Below are positions 38,822-48,940 of a stretch of DNA of 64,000 nucleotides, one piece after another. Position 1 is the stretch's first letter; each line of letters opens with the position of its first letter. Under the pieces are notes generated by a model. It was not told where the DNA came from. It saw nothing but the letters and a program-made list of their open reading frames with translations, and did no database searches. The position numbers and the translations under genes were made by a program. The DNA lies in IMG/VR virus record IMGVR_UViG_3300007770_000008, one strand, 5' to 3'. This DNA comes from an uncultured virus (IMG/VR IMGVR_UViG_3300007770_000008) (lineage: Duplodnaviria; Heunggongvirae; Uroviricota; Caudoviricetes).

Positions 38822-39295
38822 CTAGAAACCTAGAGCTTCTCTACGCAACCGTCGACGCCGTTCGGCAACTATCTCGGCGTGCGTTCGCTCTGGCCGGTGT
38901 CCCTCCCGGTAAAATCCTTTTTCGGCCAACTTATCATAGATGCAGTCCAGTGTTTTTTGGCCAAAGTTTGGTACTTGAAGAAGCTCAGCATTCGACATCG
39001 ACAAAAGATCCTTCACAGCCAGAATGTTGCGGAAGCCATCCTCTATATAAGCCCTCACTCTAGAGGTGTATTCCGCTCTGGCTCTATCCTCATCATCGAA
39101 CTGCTCCACAGCTCGAGATGCTTCATCAGATCCGTCGATAATTCCACTTATCGTGGTTAGCTCCTTGCCATGTAGCCGCACATACCAGAACTCACCGTTG
39201 CAGCGGTAGTAGTTCTCCAGAGTGTTAATAACCCTTACAGGTATCTCTAGTACGTGAAGCGATTCGTCAAGCAGGGCTTGCTGCTCTGGATTCAT
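38822..39295 (-). CDS. RNA polymerase alpha-CTD-like protein with WGR-like insertion
   Basis: LEIPVRVINTL and VKDLLSMSNAELLQVPNFGQKTL flank a FWYV...F..E..A......GF segment. Confidence 0.65.
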   Translation of the reverse strand: MNPEQQALLDESLHVLEIPVRVINTLENYYRCNGEFWYVRLHGKELTTISGIIDGSDEASRAVEQFDDEDRARAEYTSRVRAYIEDGFRNILAVKDLLSMSNAELLQVPNFGQKTLDCIYDKLAEKGFYREGHRPERTHAEIVAERRRRLRREALGF

Positions 39296-40229
39296 CTGAC
39301 TCTCCTTGGTCGCTTATTGGGTTGCCTCTAAGCACACCCTTGAACGACAAGAGACGAACAGAGCAGTCCCCGGGACTAAACCTAGCCTGCAGCATTGGGA
39401 GGACCTTTTCGATCGGAGCCGTGAGGATCCGTTTGGGGTATCGGAAGGCCCAACCAACTGCCTCAGCCAGATTGTCTCTTTGGACTGGTGCAGGGTAGTA
39501 TTGCACCGGTCTTTCCCAAAGATCAATAGTCTCGGGGACAAGTTCGTCGGGGACGCAGACGTCCAGGTCTACGAGGAACAAGCCGCAGTCAAAAACTCTC
39601 CACTGAGTCGAGGACCCTTCGACCGGTTCAAAACAAATTGTTTGAGCCGAGCCGACCTGGGTCTTCTGGAAGAATTTGTGATACGTTCTGGGCAAGCGGT
39701 TACGAATATTCAGAATGAATTCGCGATGATGCTCGCCGGGGTCAATTTCAGTTATCTCGCGTGTCGCGTACAGACCAAGTTGATTGGCCTCTGCAAGAAC
39801 GGGCCAACCGCCAGGGCCGTCAATCCATCTGTTGTTGGTGCCGTAGACAGCTCGCTCGATTCTGTCATAGGTTTGTTGAGCGACCTTGCGTCCCCAGCAC
39901 CAAGGACAGTAGTAGGCTTTACGACATTGCCTAGACTTCTCGGGCGTGTAAAACCCAGCAGGCGGACAGTTTACCATGCGAAGCGATGCCCGCAAGGCAA
40001 GTGGCCACGCGGTATTATGCAGGGCAATGGTTCGATCGCGAAAGCGAGAAAGCAAGCGGTTGTAGTTTTTTCGGAGGTCTAGTTCAGACTTCAAGCCAGG
40101 ACCGAACAGACTGTCACGTATCGCATTATTGCGAGGTGTCTGTGCAAATACCCGGCGAGGAAAGCGTTTAAGTTGCCAGGGCATGTGTGACTTACCTAGA
40201 TTAACAGAGAATGACAAGTTAAGGGCCAA
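39267..40229 (-). CDS. Hypothetical protein with Rep-like zinc motif
   Basis: CRKAYYCPWC; later EAVGWAFRYP; start uncertain. Confidence 0.5.
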   Translation of the reverse strand: MALNLSFSVNLGKSHMPWQLKRFPRRVFAQTPRNNAIRDSLFGPGLKSELDLRKNYNRLLSRFRDRTIALHNTAWPLALRASLRMVNCPPAGFYTPEKSRQCRKAYYCPWCWGRKVAQQTYDRIERAVYGTNNRWIDGPGGWPVLAEANQLGLYATREITEIDPGEHHREFILNIRNRLPRTYHKFFQKTQVGSAQTICFEPVEGSSTQWRVFDCGLFLVDLDVCVPDELVPETIDLWERPVQYYPAPVQRDNLAEAVGWAFRYPKRILTAPIEKVLPMLQARFSPGDCSVRLLSFKGVLRGNPISDQGESDESRAASPA

Positions 40230-40376
40230 CCTATCTTTAAGATAGATAGGGAGACTCCCTCCGGTCGTCTCTTAGGCTTCCCTGCGGTCAGCCATTTGGC
40301 GGCTGACGCCGCCCAAAGTTTCTTTCTTGTCCTGCGGACGGCTTACGGACCGTCTGCAAGGAACACAGGAAACTGG

Positions 40377-41126
40377 TTAGCAAGCACAGACTGCGAGCAC
40401 TAGCCATTTGATTCCATCGTTCTGTGTCTCGTACTTGTAAAGCTTCTTCCTATGGCCACTGTTGGTACTGTCGAAGCTTTTCTTGGCTTTGTCGTAAGCC
40501 CGCTTAGCTCGAGTAGTGTCGTTACGAGCCCGCTTGAGGTGTTTCCATGACTCAACCCCGAACTCCTGGTCGGCTCGCTTCATCTGGTCGATCCAGTACT
40601 GGAACGTCTTGTTGTGCCGATTGAGGATTTCCAGGGCCCCTTGGTAGTCCTCGTGTCGCTGGGTAAACACTTTCTTCTGTTTATCCGTCAGCTGGTCCGC
40701 AGGAACAAACACACGTTCCTTCCTACTATATTTGTAGTCATAGCTGTTGGTGTGAAAGCAGCCAGTTTTCTTGCCAAAGGTCGGTTTGCCTACTAGTACC
40801 TGTTTGACATCGTGGAACCGTACAGCGGAAGCCGCCCTTTTCTCTGTGCGTGCCTCGAGCCAGTCGTGGGCTTCTTGCTGGCTTTTGAACGGAGGTATTG
40901 TTTCGACGGATATGTCGTAGACCGTTGCTAAGCTGCCACTATAGGCATCCGCCCCGTACTCGTGTTCTTCCAGTGCTCGGTTGTTCTGAAACCACTTGAC
41001 GACTTCTGGCCGGGAACAGTCTGCCAGTTCGTAAGTTTTACTAACAGCACCCATATCAACACGTGACTCCTTGTTTAGTCGTTCTTCTCTTCCTCGTCGC
41101 TGCCCCAAGGAATTAGTTTTTGCCAA
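40377..41126 (-). CDS. Hypothetical protein
   Basis: 249 aa; probable start at MGAVSK; EYGADAYSGS motif. Confidence 0.55.
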   Translation of the reverse strand: MAKTNSLGQRRGREERLNKESRVDMGAVSKTYELADCSRPEVVKWFQNNRALEEHEYGADAYSGSLATVYDISVETIPPFKSQQEAHDWLEARTEKRAASAVRFHDVKQVLVGKPTFGKKTGCFHTNSYDYKYSRKERVFVPADQLTDKQKKVFTQRHEDYQGALEILNRHNKTFQYWIDQMKRADQEFGVESWKHLKRARNDTTRAKRAYDKAKKSFDSTNSGHRKKLYKYETQNDGIKWLVLAVCAC

Positions 41127-41461
41127 AACTGCGATCGCTCTTCCGTTCGCTCGGTTGCTTCCTTCTCGTGTATCTCAGCCTCCTTGACCGCTCGGTCGGC
41201 GTCGATCTTCGCTCTCTCTAGCAGTGTGTGCGTGCCGACCATAAGTGCCGCACCTATGACGATCGCGATAACGGCTGTTACCTGCACTGCATTGCTGGAT
41301 AGTTTATCGCTCATTATGGTTCAGTCCCTTCTAAGACTATTCTGGCGGCCTCGGCCCAGGCAGCAGCCTTGTCCGAATCCGACATCTGTTTGTTCTCTAC
41401 GAGAGCGACTCCGACTTCTAGCATCTTGCGTAACACGTCGATGTCCCCGCGAAGATAGGCT

Positions 41462-42391
41462 TCATACAAGTTCGTGCTCATCGCGTTCCTCCAGTTGGGC
41501 TGTCCATAGTTCGCAGCAGGACCGGCACATACCGTCGGCGTAAAGCAGCTCGTTACAGTCCTCTACCGTACATGTAGGGGGTTCGAACACGCGTACGGCC
41601 ACAGGACGCTCTGTTTCGACCCATACGTGGGCTCCGCAGCTTAGGGGTCTATCGGGTCGGTAAACCACTTTGAAGCCGTCTCCGGCCGCCTCATGGCCGT
41701 ACACGGCCTTTCCTCGGCCGCCTCCGTCCTTGACTGTAATCACCGGATCTGTGGTTCCGTGCTTACGGTTGGCCTTAATCACGTGCTGATTCACGTGAAT
41801 TATCGTCCGGTCACCCTTCTGAGGTGGGGCATAACGGTTCCAGATGATTAGATCGAACTCCGCTGGTGTAAAGGGTTTAGGTACCAGCTTGAGGAATTCC
41901 TGCTCGAGCCTTAGGTAATTGCTACCTGACGGGGTGCTTTTAGGAACCCGCTCGACACCGTTGGCTTTGAGGAACTTAAGGACATGCGTGTCCAGAATGG
42001 CGACCTGAAGGCCTGGCCTGAAGCACGATAGAAAGAAGCGGCTGGTCTTAGGACCGATGCCGTGACAACCCTCGAGGTCGTCGAGACCAATGTTGCGGAG
42101 ATCTTCCAGTTGTAGGGCGTCTTTGAATGCCTGCGTCAGCCGCTGGTACTGTCCGAGGCCAGACTCCTTGAGCAATTCTTGTAGGCCTTTTTGAGACCAG
42201 TTGAGTCCTGCTTCGAGCAGGTCGAGAGGGGTCTCGTCGCCGAACTTCTCTCGGAGGCGATCAAGAAACTTCTCTACGTTGCGAGCAGTGGTTCTAGCAT
42301 TCTTGCCTGCTACCGCAATACAAAAAATGAGCAGCTCTTCAAGCTGCTCATCTGTGTAGTCGTCCCTGACAATTTTGTCAGGATAGATCAT
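41462..42391 (-). CDS. HhH-GPD DNA glycosylase (Ogg-like) fused to a small phage domain
   Basis: GIGPKTSRFF and AILDTHVLK; second domain IHVNQHVIKAN...PLSCGAHVWVET. Confidence 0.75.
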   Translation of the reverse strand: MIYPDKIVRDDYTDEQLEELLIFCIAVAGKNARTTARNVEKFLDRLREKFGDETPLDLLEAGLNWSQKGLQELLKESGLGQYQRLTQAFKDALQLEDLRNIGLDDLEGCHGIGPKTSRFFLSCFRPGLQVAILDTHVLKFLKANGVERVPKSTPSGSNYLRLEQEFLKLVPKPFTPAEFDLIIWNRYAPPQKGDRTIIHVNQHVIKANRKHGTTDPVITVKDGGGRGKAVYGHEAAGDGFKVVYRPDRPLSCGAHVWVETERPVAVRVFEPPTCTVEDCNELLYADGMCRSCCELWTAQLEERDEHELV

Positions 42392-42579
42392 GTTAGTCCT
42401 TGGCTCCCCGTTCGATCTGGTCGGCCTGCTTTTGCAGCCTTCGGCCTTCTCTGTGCTGTCCGGCAGCGTTGCCTGGGTACCCTATACGAGCATACTGCTC
42501 AGATCGGGCGAAGGACTGTCGGGCCTGTTCTCGTAACTCAGCCGCACTTTGGTCTCGGTCGTTATTGTTATTGGTCATC

Positions 42580-43134
42580 TCAGTCTTCCGGGTTGGCTTT
42601 GTAGATGTCTTCGTCGAAATCCTTCCGTACCTGGATCTGGCTACGCCTTGCCATGTTCGCTAGATTGTGGGACAGCTTGTTGAGGTCGATGATATCGCGT
42701 GGGATATGGTGCGACTTGATCAGCAAACCTTTTCGACGTGTCATGTGCATGGCCATCCAAAGCTCTCGATTGGTTTTGAGGTCATGGATCCAAATAGGAT
42801 CCATCTTAGCCAGGCCATTGACTACGTACTCGCTGTCGGAGATAACATGCACTTTGAGCCCGCCGGGTTTTACTCCGGACTTGGCTTGTGTCAGGAACAT
42901 GAGAGGCTGCAGCACAGCCATCATCTCGCCCATATTGTTGGTGCCGTGACTCATCGCACCGTAGAACGCTTTACGCTCAAAGGTGTCACTGCGAATGAGC
43001 ACTGAGCCCCAGCCCATTTCTTTTTCCCAAGTGGTGCCAGAACCGTCGCCGATGATGATTACGTCCCACTCATCCTTCTTGATCCCCAGATATCTCCGGA
43101 GGGATGGTAGGGTCGTCACCTCTATCGGCTTCAT
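42580..43134 (-). CDS. Ribonuclease H-like protein
   Basis: IGDGSG, TNNMGEM, ISDSEYV, NRELW; start moved to MKPIEV to avoid a long overlap. Confidence 0.75.
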   Translation of the reverse strand: MKPIEVTTLPSLRRYLGIKKDEWDVIIIGDGSGTTWEKEMGWGSVLIRSDTFERKAFYGAMSHGTNNMGEMMAVLQPLMFLTQAKSGVKPGGLKVHVISDSEYVVNGLAKMDPIWIHDLKTNRELWMAMHMTRRKGLLIKSHHIPRDIIDLNKLSHNLANMARRSQIQVRKDFDEDIYKANPED

Positions 43135-43693
43135 CCGAGATAGTTTGGCCGTCTTCTCGACTTCCTTTGTCGGGGAGGTCTTCGGCGAACGTGCCGTCGG
43201 TGTCCCCGAACTGTCTAGGTCGAAGGGCAACTGTGTTTCGGGCGATGGCGAGGGCGTTGAGTTCGTCGAGTTCATCTGTTCGTCGTCGGATATGAACTCG
43301 GAGTTCTTCAAGTCGTTCTTGAAGCTGGCTCTCCTCTGCCGTGGCTTCCTCGAGGGTTTCGCGTCTGTCATGGATTTGGTTCATCATCTTTCGCCCACGC
43401 TCTGCCCACTCTTCCATGTCCGTAAGAATCACCCGTGCAGAGGCGTTGGCCTCTTGTATGAGGTGGGCCATAAGCTTAAGCGTCTGTTGGAGAGTGCCTA
43501 CCGTCGCAAGTGCATCTCCCGTAGGAACTTTTCCGTGCTCGTCTAACCATATGGAAGCGACGTTTTCTAGGTCGTGATTGCCACTACCTGTCCAATCGAT
43601 GATAAGAGCGACGGAGCGGATGTCATCGCGGCTGCGGAGCCAATGAGTTAGGGCGGTTGCCATATCTTCTAGAGTGTGTGGATCATTCTTCAT
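43070..43693 (-). CDS. Hypothetical coiled-coil protein
   Basis: 207 aa ORF coupled to upstream gene. Confidence 0.5.
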   Translation of the reverse strand: MKNDPHTLEDMATALTHWLRSRDDIRSVALIIDWTGSGNHDLENVASIWLDEHGKVPTGDALATVGTLQQTLKLMAHLIQEANASARVILTDMEEWAERGRKMMNQIHDRRETLEEATAEESQLQERLEELRVHIRRRTDELDELNALAIARNTVALRPRQFGDTDGTFAEDLPDKGSREDGQTISDEADRGDDPTIPPEISGDQEG

Positions 43694-44003
43694 TGTCGCT
43701 TATTGGTTCGTTGTGGACTTTCGTCCATTTGTGGAAGAAGTCGTTGGCCAGGTTCGCACCCCGTGTCACCGCCAAGGCGTACACGGGGATTTGCCATATC
43801 CCGGCTGAAGTCATCATCATCCATAAAGCGAACCAAAACCCTACATGGGTTGAAAGACAGAACATGCAGGTTGCTAATTCAGCTTTCAATCCACCGTCAG
43901 CCTGGAGACTGGCTCTTGCGTTAGCGAAGATCGATCCGTGGTGCCATACTTCTATAGCGTGCCACGTTGCCATCACCAGGATGAAGTATTCGAAAGGGGT
44001 CAT
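43683..44003 (-). CDS. DUF1360-like membrane protein
   Basis: Hydrophobic; LATCMFCLSTH (CxxC) pattern. Confidence 0.55.
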   Translation of the reverse strand: MTPFEYFILVMATWHAIEVWHHGSIFANARASLQADGGLKAELATCMFCLSTHVGFWFALWMMMTSAGIWQIPVYALAVTRGANLANDFFHKWTKVHNEPISDNEE

Positions 44004-44428
44004 TAGGTTATATCGTCTAGATTTGGCTTGTCTGATTTGGGAGGTTTGGGCGGACCCGTGCCGCTCAGTATCTGTTGAGCCTGGTATAGCCTCATACCGA
44101 GTGCTTGGTCCTTATCTACTGCGGCTTGTATCTTGTTCATAAACAACACGCGTACGAGTGGTTCGGCGTGAGCAAGCGTTTGATTGACTTCCGCCACTGT
44201 CGCTAACAGGTCGTGACCAGTATGCGACTTTAACGCGTCCACCATGTTGTCTGTCATAACGTCGGTGTAGTGTAGGTCGACAAGTCGCTGTACCGGAATT
44301 CCGTTTCGGCGTAGCCCAACTGCTGTTCGATATGCAGGATCATGCTTTACAAGCACAGCTCCGGTTAGAAGTGCACCTATGCCTGAGCCCACGAACAACA
44401 AAGCCAGCGATTGTAGTACTTTCCACAT
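44003..44428 (-). CDS. Membrane-anchored hypothetical protein
   Basis: N-terminal hydrophobic helix. Confidence 0.55.
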   Translation of the reverse strand: MWKVLQSLALLFVGSGIGALLTGAVLVKHDPAYRTAVGLRRNGIPVQRLVDLHYTDVMTDNMVDALKSHTGHDLLATVAEVNQTLAHAEPLVRVLFMNKIQAAVDKDQALGMRLYQAQQILSGTGPPKPPKSDKPNLDDIT

Positions 44429-44948
44429 GATTTAGCCTTCCTCGGCAAATGGGTGTGGGTCATTGTCCCGAAATATCCAGGCGGCTGCGAGTATCCCTCC
44501 ACAGACAGCTGCTAACGGGAGAAACCCATAAAATGGCACAACGAGAATCGCTCCAACAAATGCTCCGCCGATGGTCGCAACCAAAGCAGAATCGATCGGG
44601 GAAATCTCGTCAGGTTTAACTTGTGTCACTAGTCAGACTCCGGGTGTGGCCACTCTTGTGTAGCGTAGCGGTCCGGAGGCGAAGGATCGCCGTCCAGATG
44701 CTGCTGCAGAAGTGGCAACGGCAACGGTGGCGAGAGTTCTATGTCGTGGACCTTGAAGGCCCTCGGCGACACGCGAGGTTCGTGATTTCGGAAGGTCGGG
44801 ATTGCCCCGATACGTTCCAGGAAAGAAGTACCTCTCTTGGTGTCAGGCATCTCGTCACCTATACTGAAAGTCATGTCCGTATCGTAAGTGCTGTCTCTTC
44901 CAGGAGATAGTGTACCACATTAAGACGATTTACTGCAGGGAGGAACCC

Positions 44949-46811
44949 GTGCCCAGTCTGTCTTCACTGAGCAAACACAAGATCGATTCCAACGTTGTCA
45001 TCGAGATGATTGACAAAATGGCCGATCATTCCGGAGATACCGCAGCGGCGACACAGCTGCGAGAGACGTCTAAACGCCTCGTCAAAACTGGGTTACCGAA
45101 TCTGGCTCCGGTCCTCCCGATACTCCTGAACTTGAAGGGCGATCCATACAGTCTGATTAATCACTTCCCGTTCGAGCCCTTCTTCAACACGTTCATGTCG
45201 AGGAATATCGTCTTGAAGTGCGGACGGCAGGTGTCGAAATCGACTAGCCTGGCCGCACAAGGAGTTGTAGTCTCTAACACGATCCCCCACTTCAACACGC
45301 TGTACGTTACGCCGCTCTATGAAATGATTCGGCGTTTCAGTAACAACTACGTGCGGGGTTTCATTGACCAGAGCCCGGTGAAGCGTCTGTGGACTTCCAC
45401 AGCAACTAGCTCCAATGTGCTCCAGCGAGGATTCACTAACAACTCCAACATGTTCTTTTCATTCGCTTTTCTAGATGCGGATAGAACGCGTGGTCTTAAC
45501 TGTGATAAGGTCGGATACGATGAGGTTCAAGATTTGGATTCGTCGTTCATTCCGATCATTCGAGAAACCATGTCTGGCTCACCGCACGGCGGTATTAGCC
45601 AGTACACAGGGACGCCTAAGACGCTGGACAACACTCTAGAAGGGTTGTGGCAGCGATCGTCTCAGGGTGAGTGGGTCATCACTTGTCGTAACTGTCGTTA
45701 CGAGAACGTGCCCGCGATGGACTACGATCTGGATGACATGATCGGACCTTGGACCGATGATATTTCCGAAGAGAATCCCGGCACCATTTGTGCCAAGTGC
45801 GGCCATAAAGTATTCCCGCGTGATGGTATGTGGTACCACGCACATCCGGAGCGGCTATCAGAGTTTGCTGGTTACCATGTTCCACAGTGCGTTATGCCAA
45901 TGCACTATGCTGACCCAGACAAATGGGCCATTCTGATTGGCAAGCGGGAAGGTGCCTACAACACGCCTATCAACGTTTATTACAACGAAGTCTGCGGCGA
46001 GTCGTATGACACGGGAGCCAAGTTGGTAACAAAGACCGACTTGCTCGAGGCGGCCTCTTTGCATGAGAACAAAGAGGAGCTGGCAATGAAGACTATCAGT
46101 CAGTATCAGTATCGGGTTCTTGGGATTGACTGGGGCGGTGGCGGTGAGAAGGAAGTCTCGTTTACCACCTATGCGGTTTGTGGGATTAAGAATGATGGGT
46201 CGATTGATGTTATCTACGGATTCAGGTCCCTGACTCCGTATGATCGAGAGCGTGAGGCTAGGATTGCTTTGGATTTGGCTGGTAAGTTTCGGTGTCAACT
46301 GATGGCACACGACTACAACGGTGCTGGACAGGATCGTGAGAAGTACATCATCGATGCTGGCTATCCCATCACACGTATCGTACCGATGTGGTATGTCCGA
46401 GCAGCTTCGCAGGGTATGCTTCGCTACGTAGAGGGTACACCGCTGCATCCTCGTGATCACTACAAGCTAGATAAAGCCCGTAGCCTGGTGCTTGTTTGTA
46501 GTCAGATCAAGCACAGACAGATTAAGTTCTTTGCTTATGACCATCACGGTGAAGACGACCCCGGTTTGCTGCATGACTTCTTGGCTCTTGTTGAAGACAA
46601 GGTCGATAGCAGAACCGGACGAGACATCTACACCATCATTCGGCAACAGAACCAGAAGGACGACTTCGCACACTCGGTCAATTTCGCGTGCTGTACACTG
46701 TGGCACATTACGCAGTCGTGGCCTAACCTTGCAGAGGTTGACCGCTACCGAGCGAATGAGGACGTGCTTAAAGCAGTGGAGCCTCGAGCCGACCAGCAAG
46801 ACTGGGACTAG
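44949..46811 (+). CDS. Terminase large subunit (lambda gpA-like)
   Basis: KCGRQVSKS Walker A, YDEVQD Walker B, GTPK, CxxC pairs, GIDWGG nuclease and DDFAHS; start moved to GTG after an AGGAGG RBS. Confidence 0.85.
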   Translation: MPSLSSLSKHKIDSNVVIEMIDKMADHSGDTAAATQLRETSKRLVKTGLPNLAPVLPILLNLKGDPYSLINHFPFEPFFNTFMSRNIVLKCGRQVSKSTSLAAQGVVVSNTIPHFNTLYVTPLYEMIRRFSNNYVRGFIDQSPVKRLWTSTATSSNVLQRGFTNNSNMFFSFAFLDADRTRGLNCDKVGYDEVQDLDSSFIPIIRETMSGSPHGGISQYTGTPKTLDNTLEGLWQRSSQGEWVITCRNCRYENVPAMDYDLDDMIGPWTDDISEENPGTICAKCGHKVFPRDGMWYHAHPERLSEFAGYHVPQCVMPMHYADPDKWAILIGKREGAYNTPINVYYNEVCGESYDTGAKLVTKTDLLEAASLHENKEELAMKTISQYQYRVLGIDWGGGGEKEVSFTTYAVCGIKNDGSIDVIYGFRSLTPYDREREARIALDLAGKFRCQLMAHDYNGAGQDREKYIIDAGYPITRIVPMWYVRAASQGMLRYVEGTPLHPRDHYKLDKARSLVLVCSQIKHRQIKFFAYDHHGEDDPGLLHDFLALVEDKVDSRTGRDIYTIIRQQNQKDDFAHSVNFACCTLWHITQSWPNLAEVDRYRANEDVLKAVEPRADQQDWD

Positions 46812-47161
46812 GAATACATGTACACGTGATTGAACGTGGCCTGGTCCTGGGGAGTTATAGGAACCATCTCGAGCCTATCGTTCCACTCTTGTCGCTCGCG
46901 GTCGCTGGCGTCGTGATGACAGTGGTTGATCAACCGAGCTTGGATTGAGCTGACCTTGATCCAAGTGTCCTTAAGCGGCACCTTTGTGAGATACGCCACT
47001 CGGCAGAACATGTTGAAGGCTACCGGCGTAAAGGTACGCACATCCATCGCTTTCAACAGCAGATTGCCCTCGAAAGCTATCTCTTCGATCAACGGCTCCA
47101 GGTCCCTGGGGTCATCTACCGATACTACTCGGTTGGTGCTTGTATGTTTGGAGCGTAGCAA
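46808..47161 (-). CDS. Hypothetical protein
   Basis: 117 aa ORF convergent with the terminase. Confidence 0.45.
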   Translation of the reverse strand: MLRSKHTSTNRVVSVDDPRDLEPLIEEIAFEGNLLLKAMDVRTFTPVAFNMFCRVAYLTKVPLKDTWIKVSSIQARLINHCHHDASDRERQEWNDRLEMVPITPQDQATFNHVYMYS

Positions 47162-48145
47162 GGGCTCACCTCCTAGTGTTAAACTCGATATCTTCTTGGT
47201 TAAGCCGTCGAATGATAGCTACGATGGAGACTGGCAATGCGTCAAACAGTTGTGTCGGGGAGTAGATTCTGTGATCGATTGTCTGGTCGTCATCGTCGGT
47301 CTCTTTCCAATGGACGGTCCATCGACTTAGCCCGTTGTCGTCCGAACTGACAAACTCGATATGGACGATACCGGAGCTGGGATGCATCGCCCATAGCTGG
47401 TCGTTCGCCATCTCTGTCAGTATGTCGGCCAGCTGCCCATTGTCGTAAGGGTGTTGGCATTTGTTTGAGTCATGACAGAATAGCTCGGCTATGTTAAACG
47501 ATACTTCTCTTGCCGTAAGTCTCATTGAAGCCCTCCGTCTATCTTGACCCGTGCGACCTCGAGGGCTGCTTCGGGTGACATACCCTCCGTGTTGAACATA
47601 TGAATCTTCCCGGGCGACAATAGCTTGCGGGCGATCGCCACCCAAGGCGGGCCCATACACTGGCGATGAACAGCTATATCCCAGTCATTGTATGTCTCTA
47701 TGTGGAAGCGAGACTTAGAAGAGGTCTTTTGTGATTTTGTCATACAGCCCTACTTTGATTAAGTGCCGAGTACGGAGCCGAGATCTCCGATGAGACTTCT
47801 GCTTGCTAGCCCGACCGGGCTCAGTGGCGTTCCATTTCGTTGCCCGATAGCTCCAATACTCGTATCCAGTTGGTTTTCTTCCCCGCACTGTACGACCCAT
47901 CACTAGCTCCCTTTGTGAAAAGTGTAGACGCCCTTACGGGACGCCTGTCCGCAGCCACGCCCAAGCAGTAACTCGGGCGACATGTTGCGGAATTCGTCAG
48001 AGGAAACACCATCGAACAACTTTGTAACGTGTTGGCATTTTCCTCGGGCAATTAGCATGAACAAAGGTTCTCGGGTGGAAAGAATATCCCATCCCAATAA
48101 ACCTGCGAACAGTTCTTCTTGGTGTGACATAACAGTATTCTCCAG

Positions 48146-48217
48146 TACCCCGTGGGGGAATCGAACCCCCGACTCCGGATAGAAAGTCCGGCGTCCTACG
48201 CACTAGACTAACGGGGC
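48146..48217 (-). tRNA. tRNA-Glu(TTC)
   Basis: GCCCCGT/ACGGGGT acceptor, CCGGA-CTTTCTA-TCCGG anticodon arm, GGGGG-TTCGATT-CCCCC T arm; CCA not encoded. Confidence 0.85.
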
Positions 48218-48403
48218 AACGCTCCTATTTTCCGACGACGGACTGAGCTGCTCGGTAGGCCTTTCGCAAGTCTTCCCACTCAGTCCAATCTACATCGTCA
48301 CTGTACTTTTTGTCGACACGTTCGGCAGCAGACGCTAGGCGAAACAGGAGCACTTCCGCTCTGCGTAGCCGTTGCCGGTTTTTGCGGACCGTCTTGTGGT
48401 GGC

Positions 48404-48940
48404 TCACTCCTTAACGAGGATTGACATCGTCGGCGGCGTCGCCAACTTGAGCGGCTTGTCTGCCAACATGTAGTCACCCATCCACTCGACGTAAGTACCG
48501 TCGGTCGTGAAGAAGAAGATCGCGTCACCGTTGGTGCCGTACGAGCCGTCCTCTGCCGGACTGGGCAGTACACCGTGTTGCATATGGTAACCGCCACCCC
48601 GGTGGTGCCACCTAGAGGCCATCTGGTTGGGGTTCGTGATCTGCGAGTTGACCGACGACACCTTCCCCTTTACCGGGTAGAAGGCCATGACCTTACCATA
48701 GTTGACGAGGTAGATGTATGACACCTTCGCCTCGTCGTTCCACAGCTCGGTACGTCGGTTGATGTTGGCCCGCTCCAGCGACCACTTTAGATGGACTGGC
48801 GGCTGGGATTTGAGTAACGTTCGTTGGTTCTGCTCGGTTTGCTCTTGTTCCAAATTGGCAGTGCTGCGACTTACGTTATTTTCGCAACCCACGAACAACA
48901 AACACGCGGCGAGCAAGACGATGGAGGTAAGCGGTTTCAT
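48404..48940 (-). CDS. Lipoprotein
   Basis: Signal peptide with lipobox FVGC. Confidence 0.7.
   Translation of the reverse strand: MKPLTSIVLLAACLLFVGCENNVSRSTANLEQEQTEQNQRTLLKSQPPVHLKWSLERANINRRTELWNDEAKVSYIYLVNYGKVMAFYPVKGKVSSVNSQITNPNQMASRWHHRGGGYHMQHGVLPSPAEDGSYGTNGDAIFFFTTDGTYVEWMGDYMLADKPLKLATPPTMSILVKE

Noticed and set aside
42580..43371. Full 263 aa RNase H ORF overlapping the upstream gene by 300 nt
   Set aside because: The N-terminal 79 aa are low-complexity alternative-frame sequence; the ATG at 43134 gives a compact RNase H.
366..44142. Numerous plus-strand ORFs of 60-260 aa
   Set aside because: They are antisense shadows of motif-bearing minus-strand genes and have no recognisable motifs.
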